IMG/VR virus record: IMGVR_UViG_3300027834_000005
Location: 1-64,000 of that record
DNA: 64,000 bases
Strand: one strand, 5' to 3'
The translations under genes were made by a program, and so were the position numbers. Shown here piece by piece: positions 28,222 through 37,654 of the stretch. The stretch's first letter is position 1. The number at the start of each line of letters is the position of its first letter. A model generated the notes under the pieces. It was given only the letters and a program-made list of their open reading frames with translations, was not told where the DNA came from and did no database searches.

Positions 28222-28257
28222 CAGTGTTAACTCACTGCTCCGAATAGGAAGATAATT

Positions 28258-28494
28258 ATGGTCATGGCAAGATTGCACGTTATATGCGGTAATTGTGGTA
28301 ACAACGAAGGGTTCAAGTATTCTATTGACCCGACAGGCAACTGCGACAATGATGGGAATAATTTTCCCAGTGTAGACATAACGTGTCCAAACTGTGCTAC
28401 TATGCACTTCTTAGGTGAAGACATGGGCATCCCAGAGGATGAAAAACATAAGTATCGACCAGATGAGAATGGTGAAGAAGATGAAAAAAAGTAA
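28258..28494 (+). CDS. Zn-ribbon protein
   Basis: CGNC ... CPNC. Confidence 0.65.
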   Translation: MVMARLHVICGNCGNNEGFKYSIDPTGNCDNDGNNFPSVDITCPNCATMHFLGEDMGIPEDEKHKYRPDENGEEDEKK

Positions 28495-29704
28495 TTTTAT
28501 TTATGACGGTTCAGCCGTCAATGGTATCAAACACTGGACCAAAGGTGTTGGTATGGAGCCACAAGCGTTACAGCAATTGATCAATGTTGCTAATATGCCT
28601 TTCATTCATAAGCACGTCGCGGCTATGCCAGACGTTCACTTTGGACGAGGAGCTACAATAGGATCAGTTATTGCAACCAAGGGTGCTATTATCCCTTCGG
28701 CAGTAGGCGTGGATATCGGATGCGGCATGATCGCAGTTCAAACCACGTTGAAAGCAGGTGATTTACCAGATAACTTGCGTACCATACGTAATGATATCGA
28801 AAGAGCAGTACCACATGGCTTTGTATCGATCTCTGGGCGCTCCCGTAAAGGTTCGTTTGAGGTTGCTCCACAGTCTGTTCTAACACGCTGGCGTACGTTG
28901 TCAGACGGGTATGAAACACTTGTAGCCAAACATGGCGATAAGATAGCTAAGAAAAACCCTCACGAGCAGCTAGGTACGCTTGGTGGAGGAAACCACTTCA
29001 TTGAAATCTGTTTGGATGAAAATGACTCGGTTTGGATCATGTTACACTCAGGCTCTCGTGGAGCTGGTAACTTGATCGGTCAGTATTTTATCGATAAGGC
29101 CAAAGAAGATATGGAGAGACGCCATATCGGCTTGGTTGACAGAGACCTGTCCTACTTGACAGAAGGCGACAAACTTTTTGAAGATTATACGGAAGCTTTG
29201 TTGTGGGCACAAGACTACGCATACGAAAACCGTCAAGCTATGCTTGATAACGTGTTAGGTGTGTTGAGAAATCACTTGAAGCCATTCCAGTTTGTGGAGC
29301 AGGCTATCAACTGCCACCATAACTACGCTTCCCAAGAGGTCCACTTCGGTGAGAACGTCTGGGTAACTCGTAAAGGTGCAGTTAGAGCACAAGTAGGGGA
29401 TTTGGGTATCATACCAGGTTCTATGGGCACTGGCTCCTTCATCGTTCGCGGTTTAGGTAGCAAGGAATCCTTCTGTTCATGTTCGCATGGGGCAGGACGT
29501 GTAATGTCACGTGGTGAGGCTAAACGCACAATCACTATGGCAGATCACGAGAAGGCTACAGCCGGTATAGAGTGTCGTAAAGACAAAGCTATATTGGATG
29601 AGTCACCAGCTGCTTATAAGGATATCTCGGCTGTAATGGCCGCACAGGATGACCTTGTAGAAGTTGTCCACAGACTACGACAAGTAGTTAACGTAAAAGG
29701 GTGA
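28481..29704 (+). CDS. rtcB: RtcB RNA ligase
   Basis: MPDVH.G.G..IG, VGVDIGCG, GTLGGGNHF, HSGSRG, NCHHN, RKGA, IPGSMG, SCSHGAGR, DESPAAYK. Confidence 0.95.
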   Translation: MKKSNFIYDGSAVNGIKHWTKGVGMEPQALQQLINVANMPFIHKHVAAMPDVHFGRGATIGSVIATKGAIIPSAVGVDIGCGMIAVQTTLKAGDLPDNLRTIRNDIERAVPHGFVSISGRSRKGSFEVAPQSVLTRWRTLSDGYETLVAKHGDKIAKKNPHEQLGTLGGGNHFIEICLDENDSVWIMLHSGSRGAGNLIGQYFIDKAKEDMERRHIGLVDRDLSYLTEGDKLFEDYTEALLWAQDYAYENRQAMLDNVLGVLRNHLKPFQFVEQAINCHHNYASQEVHFGENVWVTRKGAVRAQVGDLGIIPGSMGTGSFIVRGLGSKESFCSCSHGAGRVMSRGEAKRTITMADHEKATAGIECRKDKAILDESPAAYKDISAVMAAQDDLVEVVHRLRQVVNVKG

Positions 29705-29720
29705 TTCGTCACCCTTTTTT
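29695..29720 (+). terminator. Intrinsic terminator with UUCG loop
   Basis: AAAAGGGTGA-TTCG-TCACCCTTTTTT. Confidence 0.9.
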
Positions 29721-29732
29721 ATTGTCTGCGTA

Positions 29733-29761
29733 TTGACAACATCACACATATCACCTATAAT
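29733..29761 (+). promoter_or_regulatory. sigma70-type promoter heading array B
   Basis: TTGACA-N17-TATAAT, perfect consensus. Confidence 0.85.
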
Positions 29762-29791
29762 GGCTGCATAACTTATTATAGGTGATATGTC

Positions 29792-30073
29792 ATGTCTGAA
29801 TGGAACGCAAGTGGATTAGAAGTAGACCATAGTGAAAGAACAGACTTCAGTTTATTACCTCTAACATCTGAGACGTGCAGTCTTTGGGCTAAAGAAAGAA
29901 GTTGTACCCAACAAGGCAGAGCCAACATGCTAAGCGGTACTCAGTTTGCACTGAAGAAGCACGAAGAATACGTAGCTAAAATGGAACTAGCCGTGAAGAA
30001 TGCTATACAGGCATGTGAGCATGGCAGCCCAGAAAATGCAGCGACCATTCTGAGGGAATTACAATGCCGGTAG
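29792..30073 (+). CDS. Hypothetical protein
   Basis: AGGTG RBS. Confidence 0.65.
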   Translation: MSEWNASGLEVDHSERTDFSLLPLTSETCSLWAKERSCTQQGRANMLSGTQFALKKHEEYVAKMELAVKNAIQACEHGSPENAATILRELQCR

Positions 30074-30330
30074 AACTTAATAAATTCCATACTTATGAAA
30101 AAGGTGACGAACTAGTTTGTGTGAGTAAAATAGGCACGAGCACTAACCATGTTGTGGGAGAAACATATATGTTCCATGGCAGTGGAGTTGAAGGTATGGT
30201 TATGGGTCACGAAGGTATTCATAGGAGAAGCCTTTTACCGATAACCTACTTCAGCAGGGTGAAGTTTACCCTGAAATCCAGTATCACAGACGAAGATATA
30301 TTCACTTTAAAGTTGGGTGGTAGAATATGA
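30064..30330 (+). CDS. EDxF-tag protein, array B
   Basis: KGDELVCV; tag ITDEDIFTLKLGG. Confidence 0.8.
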   Translation: MPVELNKFHTYEKGDELVCVSKIGTSTNHVVGETYMFHGSGVEGMVMGHEGIHRRSLLPITYFSRVKFTLKSSITDEDIFTLKLGGRI

Positions 30331-30674
30331 TAGTCCTACGTGATTTACCAATAAAAGAAATAGTTGACTTAGTAAGACTGGGTGACGAATTGTTATGCAT
30401 TAATTTTGACTGTGCATATACTACCGTGGGTAAATCATATGAAGTCGCAAAATACATTGATAGTGAAAATCAGGTACGTATCGCTTTTCCTAAAGATGGT
30501 GTTATAGGGTATAAAATACTAGATGACGAGAATGATCCAGAAGGCTTATTGGAAGTTGAAATTAGAGAAATAATGTATAGTCACCTTTATTACCCCGTGT
30601 CTCTTATATCCGAAGAAGATAAATTCGCCATAGCTCTAGGAGTAGATGTGACATTCGCATCGGATGGTAACTAA
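30327..30674 (+). CDS. EDxF-tag protein, array B (close paralog of 30677)
   Basis: GDELLCI..YTTVGKSYEV; tag ISEEDKFAIALG. Confidence 0.8.
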   Translation: MIVLRDLPIKEIVDLVRLGDELLCINFDCAYTTVGKSYEVAKYIDSENQVRIAFPKDGVIGYKILDDENDPEGLLEVEIREIMYSHLYYPVSLISEEDKFAIALGVDVTFASDGN

Positions 30675-30676
30675 GT

Positions 30677-31015
30677 ATGATAACCTTACCTAGACTAACC
30701 GCAGAAGAGGTCACTGAAACAGTCATGATAGGTGATTCGTTACTATGTATTAAGTATGATTGCGAATATACAACGGTTGGCAAAAAATATAAAGTCATGA
30801 AGTACTTTGATGTCACGTATGACGAATATGACGAAATACCAGAGAACGGAATACACGGGTATCTCATTTTTGATGATGAAGAAATACCAGATAACATGTT
30901 AGGTGTAGAGATAGACGAAATATCTTTAGATTGTATTTATTATCCCGTGTCTCGTATACCTGATGAAGACATGTTTGTAATATCTTTGGGCATGGGAGTT
31001 AAAGTTGCATGTTGA
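30677..31015 (+). CDS. EDxF-tag protein, array B
   Basis: GDSLLCI..YTTVGKKYKV; tag IPDEDMFVISLG. Confidence 0.8.
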   Translation: MITLPRLTAEEVTETVMIGDSLLCIKYDCEYTTVGKKYKVMKYFDVTYDEYDEIPENGIHGYLIFDDEEIPDNMLGVEIDEISLDCIYYPVSRIPDEDMFVISLGMGVKVAC

Positions 31016-31341
31016 TAGAAGGTGAAGTAATGGCACGGTCATTATACTTAGAAGAGAAAGATTTAGTGGAAGGTGTTGAATTACTCTATGTAGGTAGTAG
31101 TGATCGTAGATTATACACCGAAGGTAAAGTTTATAACTATATCAGAAGAGTAAAATCATACGGTGATATACGCATATTAGTTACCGACGATGACCGTGAT
31201 GATACTGATCCTTGGAAGTGGATGATTAGTGAAATTTTAGAAGACAAGGTATTCGTATCAATGTCGGTTCTATCGGAAAAAGACTTGTTCCTGTACCGAG
31301 TAGGTGGACCAGAAGCTATTGGATTACGGGCGGTAAAATGA
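31009..31341 (+). CDS. EDxF-tag protein, array B
   Basis: DDDRDDTDPWKW; tag LSEKDLFLYRVGG. Confidence 0.8.
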   Translation: MLIEGEVMARSLYLEEKDLVEGVELLYVGSSDRRLYTEGKVYNYIRRVKSYGDIRILVTDDDRDDTDPWKWMISEILEDKVFVSMSVLSEKDLFLYRVGGPEAIGLRAVK

Positions 31342-31658
31342 AAATATTACATTATTTGAGAAGAGAAGAGTTAGTCGTAGGCACAAAGATACTTTATATT
31401 GGGTATGAACGAGGCCTATACACTCAAGGCGAAGAATACGAGATCGTTTTGATACGTGATGATAGTGACGGTGGTGATTTAGAAGGTATGGTATCTATTG
31501 GCGTTACCGATAATGAGCGAGACAGGAATAATTTATGGATGTGGGGTGCTGATTCCATTATAGAACAACAGATGTTCGTGGCTATTGACTATATGACCGA
31601 AGAAGATAAGTTCGCATATAAAATAGGCGGCATAGAGGCATTAGAGATAATAGAATAA
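31338..31658 (+). CDS. EDxF-tag protein, array B
   Basis: Tag MTEEDKFAYKIGG. Confidence 0.8.
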   Translation: MKILHYLRREELVVGTKILYIGYERGLYTQGEEYEIVLIRDDSDGGDLEGMVSIGVTDNERDRNNLWMWGADSIIEQQMFVAIDYMTEEDKFAYKIGGIEALEIIE

Positions 31659-31660
31659 AC

Positions 31661-31963
31661 ATGATGAAAATTACAGATAAAGATGTTGTCGTTGGTTTTG
31701 AAATAGTGTGCGTATCAGTTCCTGACCACGCAAAGGATAATTATACGCGAGGTGGCATTTACAAAATTATATCTACGTATACCCCTTCGAATAACTACGA
31801 TGTGCTAATGTCTGATAATAACATAAAGGAAGAACTTGACAATCCTGATGATTACGGGTATTATTGGTATATTACAGAAGTGACAGCAATGAATATTTTC
31901 GTTCCAAGAGAATATTTATCCGATGAAGATATATTCGCTTTAAAATTAGGTGCTGATCTATGA
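31661..31963 (+). CDS. EDxF-tag protein, array B
   Basis: Tag LSDEDIFALKLGA. Confidence 0.8.
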   Translation: MMKITDKDVVVGFEIVCVSVPDHAKDNYTRGGIYKIISTYTPSNNYDVLMSDNNIKEELDNPDDYGYYWYITEVTAMNIFVPREYLSDEDIFALKLGADL

Positions 31964-32214
31964 GACATATAACTTATCATAACGTACTAGTTGGCACTGA
32001 AGTTATAGCACTAGAAAGTACCAAATACCATACTAGGGGTGAAACATACACTATCCGTACGCGGACGTATGAAGGGGTTTCTGTATCTATTGACGGTCAG
32101 GATGAACAATGTCAACTTCTTAGGTTCATGTTTAGAGAAATTAAGAACTTCGTGCCAGCTTACGAGTTGACTGAAGAAGACATATTCGCTTTAAAATTAG
32201 GTGTTGAGTTATGA
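31960..32214 (+). CDS. EDxF-tag protein, array B
   Basis: Tag LTEEDIFALKLGV. Confidence 0.8.
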   Translation: MRHITYHNVLVGTEVIALESTKYHTRGETYTIRTRTYEGVSVSIDGQDEQCQLLRFMFREIKNFVPAYELTEEDIFALKLGVEL

Positions 32215-32621
32215 AATACAAAAAGAACGGTGAAGTGTTATTTGAAAAAGAAGACCGCAGTGTTCTTAATGCTATTGTTAACGAATGGCTAAAGAATAAC
32301 GATACTACCACCGTGAAAGGTAAGAAGGTAGCTAAAATTAAGTCTGCTATGGGTAAACCACTGGCCAAGCCATTCCCGACCTTAGATGAATCATTGAAAG
32401 CCATTCGTGATTCAGGTCTATCTGCGACAAAAGAAGCTGGTGGTTTTTATAGTAATCATGTAGTGACACGAATTTCAAATGGCAAGAAAAGTGGTGATTA
32501 CGCAACTGTTCTTTTTTTCTCCAATCGTTACCAAGTAAATATGTATTATGGTAGTGGCGGTTGTAATATAAAGATAAAGAAAAGCCTTAAAACGTTATTA
32601 GCAATGTTGGAATCTATATGA
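32211..32621 (+). CDS. Basic hypothetical protein without tag, inside array B
   Basis: ATGA-coupled; no tag. Confidence 0.75.
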   Translation: MKYKKNGEVLFEKEDRSVLNAIVNEWLKNNDTTTVKGKKVAKIKSAMGKPLAKPFPTLDESLKAIRDSGLSATKEAGGFYSNHVVTRISNGKKSGDYATVLFFSNRYQVNMYYGSGGCNIKIKKSLKTLLAMLESI

Positions 32622-32941
32622 GCATTGAGTATGCAAACGAAGACAATTTGATTAGAGGCGATAAGCTCATATACGTCAGAGAATTCTATGTCAATTGGGA
32701 ATTAGGAAGCATTGTCACAGTTTCTGACATAGTAGGTTACCAAGCAGCTACTGGTGCCAATAGAGTGTATTTTGAAGAAAAGACTACAGGTATTGGAAGC
32801 TACAATGGAAGTATAGATATGAAAATACATGGGGAAAACAAGACGTTCATCATATACGAATGTCTTGAAGAGGAAGAGAAGTTCCTTTATTCCGTGGGTG
32901 GATATGAAGCTCTAATGAGAAGCGAACATGAGAGAGATTAG
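32618..32941 (+). CDS. EDxF-tag protein, array B
   Basis: Tag LEEEEKFLYSVGG. Confidence 0.8.
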   Translation: MSIEYANEDNLIRGDKLIYVREFYVNWELGSIVTVSDIVGYQAATGANRVYFEEKTTGIGSYNGSIDMKIHGENKTFIIYECLEEEEKFLYSVGGYEALMRSEHERD

Positions 32942-33206
32942 AAGATCAGATTTTAAAGTTGGTAGTAAGTTCGCCATAATAACTACAGATACCTATATGC
33001 CTATGAATACTGTAGTGACAGTTAGAGAGTTGGTGTATGAAAGTTCTATCATACAGAGAGTTAAGTTTGTAGAGACTGAACTAGTTATTAATTTCCGTTA
33101 TCTTGAACAATACACAGAAGACCTTTTACCTTATGATGCATTGACAGATGAAGAAAAATTCCTGTTTGGTATCGGCGGTATACAGACATTGAGAGATAAC
33201 CAATGA
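32928..33206 (+). CDS. EDxF-tag protein, array B
   Basis: Tag LTDEEKFLFGIGG. Confidence 0.8.
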   Translation: MREIRRSDFKVGSKFAIITTDTYMPMNTVVTVRELVYESSIIQRVKFVETELVINFRYLEQYTEDLLPYDALTDEEKFLFGIGGIQTLRDNQ

Positions 33207-33514
33207 AAATGCCTTATCTAACAGAAGCGGATGTTTTCCTTGATGCAATATTCATATATGTAGTGGAAGATCAAGATAGAGAATATTCCGGTCTGTACAC
33301 TAGAGGTGAAAAGTATCCCGTAGTGAATATGCCTAGTAGACCCACTTTTAGTGTTAGTGTTTTAGACGATGACCGTGATGATACTGATCCGTGGAGGTGG
33401 ATAAACATGGATGACATAATCAGCGAACAAGCCTTCATATCTTATGACTCACTATCTGAGGAGGATAAGTTCCTATTTGATGTTGGTGGGCTAGACGCGT
33501 TATTAGGAGAGTAA
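33203..33514 (+). CDS. EDxF-tag protein, array B
   Basis: DDDRDDTDPWRW; tag LSEEDKFLFDVGG. Confidence 0.8.
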   Translation: MKMPYLTEADVFLDAIFIYVVEDQDREYSGLYTRGEKYPVVNMPSRPTFSVSVLDDDRDDTDPWRWINMDDIISEQAFISYDSLSEEDKFLFDVGGLDALLGE

Positions 33515-33515
33515 T

Positions 33516-33797
33516 ATGTCAATTGTATATGCGAAATCAACGAACGTTAAAGCAGGTCATACCTTAAAGGCTCTGTTCTCAAGCGATAGGCATTCAACGT
33601 ACACCATTAATGAGATAGCGGTAACTAATTCTATGTCGGTGCCATATAGAATCACATTTGCAGAGACATCCGCAACGATGGATTTAAAAGCATTGGACAG
33701 AGAACCATTGTTCATTATATTCGATATGCTTGACGACGAAGAGAAGTTCCTATATAATATAGGCGGAATGGAATCACTTCTAGAGCAGGACGAGTAG
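33516..33797 (+). CDS. EDxF-tag protein, array B
   Basis: Tag LDDEEKFLYNIGG. Confidence 0.8.
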   Translation: MSIVYAKSTNVKAGHTLKALFSSDRHSTYTINEIAVTNSMSVPYRITFAETSATMDLKALDREPLFIIFDMLDDEEKFLYNIGGMESLLEQDE

Positions 33798-33799
33798 TC

Positions 33800-34078
33800 A
33801 TGATTAGGTTTAGTAACAAAATAGAAGATTTCGATAAAGGCACAGAGCATGTGATGATCGTCGGTAGTTATGTCGGGAAGAAAGTAAAAGTCTTAACACA
33901 GCAGGCAATTAGAGGTGGCGGACAAGTGGATGTAAGTGTTGATATCCATGAAACTGTCTACAATGTGCATCAGTTGATAAGACATGAAGCGTGCTTAAAT
34001 TATAGCGCCATGACAGACGAAGAAAAATTCTTACTTGAACTAAGCGGTCTATCCGCGTTACTGGCTAACCTATGTTAA
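33800..34078 (+). CDS. EDxF-tag protein, array B
   Basis: Tag MTDEEKFLLELSG. Confidence 0.8.
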   Translation: MIRFSNKIEDFDKGTEHVMIVGSYVGKKVKVLTQQAIRGGGQVDVSVDIHETVYNVHQLIRHEACLNYSAMTDEEKFLLELSGLSALLANLC

Positions 34079-34335
34079 ATCTAGAAGAAATGCTTAAGGT
34101 GCCATCACGAAGTTATTTGGTATGTGTTAAATCTAAATATCCTAAAAGTCACATAGTAGGTAATGTATATAGCGTGATTAATGATAAACACGCAAAAGGA
34201 ATATACATAACATGTGAAAATTCAGGAGGGCATAGGTTTCAGGCTCTCTCATATTTTAACATAGTTAGGTTCGTAACACGTGAATCATTAACAGATGAAG
34301 ATCTATTTGCTTTAAAAATTGGTGCGTCATTATGA
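34072..34335 (+). CDS. EDxF-tag protein, array B
   Basis: Tag LTDEDLFALKIGA. Confidence 0.8.
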   Translation: MLNLEEMLKVPSRSYLVCVKSKYPKSHIVGNVYSVINDKHAKGIYITCENSGGHRFQALSYFNIVRFVTRESLTDEDLFALKIGASL

Positions 34336-34457
34336 ACTGTAGAATTACTCCAGTAGCCTCAGACAGAGACGTCCCTATTAAGCATAAAGAGAAGCCTAAG
34401 AGTAAAGGCAACGTCCGGTATGGTAACCTAAAAAGATTACTAGGCATAATAGAATGA
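34332..34457 (+). CDS. 41-aa basic peptide (below the ORF-track cutoff)
   Basis: MNCRITPVASDRDVPIKHKEKPKSKGNVRYGNLKRLLGIIE; ATGA overlaps at both ends. Confidence 0.6.
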   Translation: MNCRITPVASDRDVPIKHKEKPKSKGNVRYGNLKRLLGIIE

Positions 34458-34744
34458 AAAAAGCATTAAGAAGGAACATGTATGTTGGACAAGAGATCCT
34501 ATATGTGGGTAATTTAGAACATTACCCTACCATGACCAATATATTGTCTGTCATAGAAGTTGATCGTGCCGCTGACGGTAGTTTTGGCGTGGATATAGGA
34601 GATGGTGATCATAAATGGTTTAGTATGGGACACTATCTTACAAGAGAAGAAGTGTTCGTGGATTATGAATCATTATCTGATGAAGAAAAATTCCTAATAA
34701 AATTAGGTGGCGCAGAGGCGTTATTAAAAGGACTTGATGAATGA
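34454..34744 (+). CDS. EDxF-tag protein, array B
   Basis: Tag LSDEEKFLIKLGG. Confidence 0.8.
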   Translation: MKKALRRNMYVGQEILYVGNLEHYPTMTNILSVIEVDRAADGSFGVDIGDGDHKWFSMGHYLTREEVFVDYESLSDEEKFLIKLGGAEALLKGLDE

Positions 34745-35028
34745 CCATTACATTTGCGAACGAACATAACATAGAATATGGCCAACGATTAGTATGCACT
34801 AAGGTGTTATATAAAAGTGGGGAACCAGCTATACTTGTTGGGCAGATCCTAACCATAAACGAAATTACCAGTGATGCCATACGTTTCAGAGATAAAGATG
34901 GTGAGCTACCTATGGAAATTATTAAAAGTAACAATACCTTAGTGCTATATGATGACCTTGATGAAGAAGAGCTTTTCTTATATAGCATAGGAGGAGTCGA
35001 GTCTCTAGTGGGTAGAGACGATGAATGA
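34741..35028 (+). CDS. EDxF-tag protein, array B
   Basis: Tag LDEEELFLYSIGG. Confidence 0.8.
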   Translation: MTITFANEHNIEYGQRLVCTKVLYKSGEPAILVGQILTINEITSDAIRFRDKDGELPMEIIKSNNTLVLYDDLDEEELFLYSIGGVESLVGRDDE

Positions 35029-35335
35029 TATTTATTTAAAAAAAGATGATTGTGTAGCCGGTGAAGTATTATTATATGTTGGTGGGACACGAGCATTATA
35101 TACCTTCGGGAAATCATATGAAATAATCAATGTGCATAAGCCCATGCGAACAGCTCCTGTCGTGTATATACTTGATGATGAAGACTCAGTCAGAGATCCA
35201 TGGGCATGGGATTCAAAAGATTTATTAGTTGAAGACATATTCATACCTATGTCAAGATTAAGTGAAAAAGACTTGTTCGCATTTAAAATAGGTGGTATAG
35301 AAGCTTTGGGGATCACGTATGATAGTAAAGACTAA
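35021..35335 (+). CDS. EDxF-tag protein, array B
   Basis: DDEDSVRDPWAW; tag LSEKDLFAFKIGG. Confidence 0.8.
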   Translation: MNDIYLKKDDCVAGEVLLYVGGTRALYTFGKSYEIINVHKPMRTAPVVYILDDEDSVRDPWAWDSKDLLVEDIFIPMSRLSEKDLFAFKIGGIEALGITYDSKD

Positions 35336-35582
35336 TCTGAATATGTGCGAGGTTTTTGATAAAGCCATATGTATAGCGACTTTGCATAGCTTCGGAGAAA
35401 AAGTATGTGATGTTGGGGATATTATTACAATCGTGACTAAAAATGGTGGCGGAATAAGGTTTAAAGAGATAGATGGGTATATGTCAAACTTAAATAATAT
35501 AATATTGATGAAAAATCTATCTGAAGAAGAGAAATTCGCGTTTGAACTTGGCGGCATTAACATGTTAGTTATTGAAAAATGA
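35319..35582 (+). CDS. EDxF-tag protein, array B
   Basis: Tag LSEEEKFAFELGG. Confidence 0.8.
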   Translation: MIVKTNLNMCEVFDKAICIATLHSFGEKVCDVGDIITIVTKNGGGIRFKEIDGYMSNLNNIILMKNLSEEEKFAFELGGINMLVIEK

Positions 35583-35869
35583 CTGAAGGTGATCTAGAAC
35601 CACATTCTAAATTGATATTTAAGTCTGATGATGAACATGAAGAATTTTTCACCCGTGGTAAAGTTTACTTGGTGAAATACGTAGGTAGTGGTTTCACAGA
35701 AGTAGTTGATGATTCTAAAGACGAGATAAACACTACTTCGTTCAGTGGCGGTTGCCTACATCAATATTTTGTATATTATGACGCGCTTACTGAAGAAGAG
35801 AAATTCGCTTTTGATATTGGTGGCATTGACATGTTAGATATCGAAGAAGATGAGGATTACGACTGGTGA
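35579..35869 (+). CDS. EDxF-tag protein, array B
   Basis: FTRGKVY; tag LTEEEKFAFDIGG. Confidence 0.8.
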   Translation: MTEGDLEPHSKLIFKSDDEHEEFFTRGKVYLVKYVGSGFTEVVDDSKDEINTTSFSGGCLHQYFVYYDALTEEEKFAFDIGGIDMLDIEEDEDYDW

Positions 35870-36165
35870 GGCAAATTTATAAAGATGACATACGCAAAGG
35901 CAAACAACTAATTGTATGTGTTAGGGGTCTCAATGAGCCATTTGGTAAAGTACTCACGATAGACACTGAAGTGCCTTTTTTATCTTTCGATGATGAACTA
36001 AAAATTAGGTTCATTGAGACAGACAAGATTGTTAGGCTGGGTAGTTTATTAATGAAAGAAGAGTGCTGTGTTATGTCATACGACGCACTATCTGAAGAAG
36101 AGAAATTCACATTCCACATTGGTGGTCTAGAATCCATTGGTATTGAACCGGAAGACAAGAAATGA
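35866..36165 (+). CDS. EDxF-tag protein, array B
   Basis: Tag LSEEEKFTFHIGG. Confidence 0.8.
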   Translation: MRQIYKDDIRKGKQLIVCVRGLNEPFGKVLTIDTEVPFLSFDDELKIRFIETDKIVRLGSLLMKEECCVMSYDALSEEEKFTFHIGGLESIGIEPEDKK

Positions 36166-36473
36166 TTTCACGACGTAAAATAACAAAAGCTGATTTGCAG
36201 CCATTCATTAAACTTGTGTGCGTTGCCACTGAACAAAACCAACATGTAAAATGCTCACATAAGTTGGGAGGCATATATAAAATAGGTCACCTAACAGCTG
36301 ATCACAGTTTATATATGGAAAGTGAGACGTATGATGGACTTACTACGTTCAATATAAACTACATACTAAACGAAGAAGACTCTGGATACACGAGAACATT
36401 CGTTCCTAAAGATTGGTTAACAGATAAAGAGATATTTTCTATATTACTAGGAGTGCCGTATGAATGTGATTGA
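36162..36473 (+). CDS. EDxF-tag protein, array B
   Basis: Tag LTDKEIFSILLG. Confidence 0.75.
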   Translation: MISRRKITKADLQPFIKLVCVATEQNQHVKCSHKLGGIYKIGHLTADHSLYMESETYDGLTTFNINYILNEEDSGYTRTFVPKDWLTDKEIFSILLGVPYECD

Positions 36474-36918
36474 TGGAAACTTAATACATATGGCCATAAA
36501 CGGTGACTTCGATGTTATGGTGCATGGCTGTAACTGTTTCGGTGCCATGGGTTCAGGCATAGCACGACAGGTCAAAGATACGTTCCCAGAAGCATACTCT
36601 GCGGACTTGGCAACTGAGAAAGGCGACTCATCTAAACTGGGCACATACAGCATAGCTACATACGATGACGCACTTACCGACTACGGCAAGTTACACGTTG
36701 TTAATGCATACACACAATACGCCTTCTGGAATGACGCTGACGTGGATTACGAAGCTATACGTTGGTGCTTCAAAGACATCAAAGAAGACTTTGGTGATCT
36801 TAGAGTGGCATACCCTTTAATAGGGTGCGGTTTGGCCGGTGGCGACTGGAACATTGTCAAGAACATTATTGACGAAGAAATGGGGACATCAACGCACACG
36901 CTAGTGAGATATAAATGA
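36460..36918 (+). CDS. Macrodomain protein (DarG-like ADP-ribosylhydrolase fold)
   Basis: VHGCNCFGAMGSGIARQVK; VVNAYTQ; PLIGCGLAGGDW. Confidence 0.85.
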   Translation: MNVIDGNLIHMAINGDFDVMVHGCNCFGAMGSGIARQVKDTFPEAYSADLATEKGDSSKLGTYSIATYDDALTDYGKLHVVNAYTQYAFWNDADVDYEAIRWCFKDIKEDFGDLRVAYPLIGCGLAGGDWNIVKNIIDEEMGTSTHTLVRYK

Positions 36919-37202
36919 TAAAGTATTGTGATAATACTGGACAGTTGAATCACGGATCTTCATTCATACCTGTCAATAAGGTATTGGGAGAAATGGGGTC
37001 TGTATTCACCATCACTGAGTTTTCTTCAGACACTGGTGTTCATTTCGACGTGGAAGAAGCGTGGTGTCCTTCTAGATACATAACTAGAGGAGATACGTTC
37101 ATTATGTATGAATGTCTTGATGAACATGAGAAGTTCCTATACATGATCGGTGGCTTAGATGCATTACTTGGAGACAATAATGATACATTTCCTAGTATCT
37201 AG
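36915..37202 (+). CDS. EDxF-tag protein, array B
   Basis: Tag LDEHEKFLYMIGG. Confidence 0.75.
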   Translation: MIKYCDNTGQLNHGSSFIPVNKVLGEMGSVFTITEFSSDTGVHFDVEEAWCPSRYITRGDTFIMYECLDEHEKFLYMIGGLDALLGDNNDTFPSI

Positions 37203-37482
37203 TGAATTTAACGAAGACGTAGTAGTCATATACTACGACGATACCTTGCCTGACTATCACGGAATTAAAATGATTTTCGGTACTCGCAAAGAGTTTGATA
37301 TCGGAGACAGGATAAGTGTATTTAGAGGGGATAACGAAGACTTTATCACCACTCTAATAATCACTGACGACATTGTTGAAGGAAGGTTCTTGTCTTATGA
37401 TAAACTGAATGACGAAGAGAAATTCGCATATGAGATAGGCGGAATAGACTCTATAATAGGAGAGCATCATGAAAACGATTAA
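37159..37482 (+). CDS. EDxF-tag protein, array B (true start probably 37180)
   Basis: Tag LNDEEKFAYEIGG. Confidence 0.75.
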   Translation: MHYLETIMIHFLVSSEFNEDVVVIYYDDTLPDYHGIKMIFGTRKEFDIGDRISVFRGDNEDFITTLIITDDIVEGRFLSYDKLNDEEKFAYEIGGIDSIIGEHHEND

Positions 37483-37654
37483 CATTGGTAAGCTTACATT
37501 AGGCTTTGACTTCGCTAAGACATGGTTGTGGGGAACAACAACTGGCGATGAAGAAAGAACGTACTTCTTTCAGATAGGCACGGTTAAGAAAAACGATAAC
37601 ACAGCCTTGTCTTTAATCATATTACCTGTTACCATAATGATTCATTACGGATGA
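37469..37654 (+). CDS. Small hypothetical protein without tag
   Basis: AGGAG RBS. Confidence 0.6.
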   Translation: MKTINIGKLTLGFDFAKTWLWGTTTGDEERTYFFQIGTVKKNDNTALSLIILPVTIMIHYG

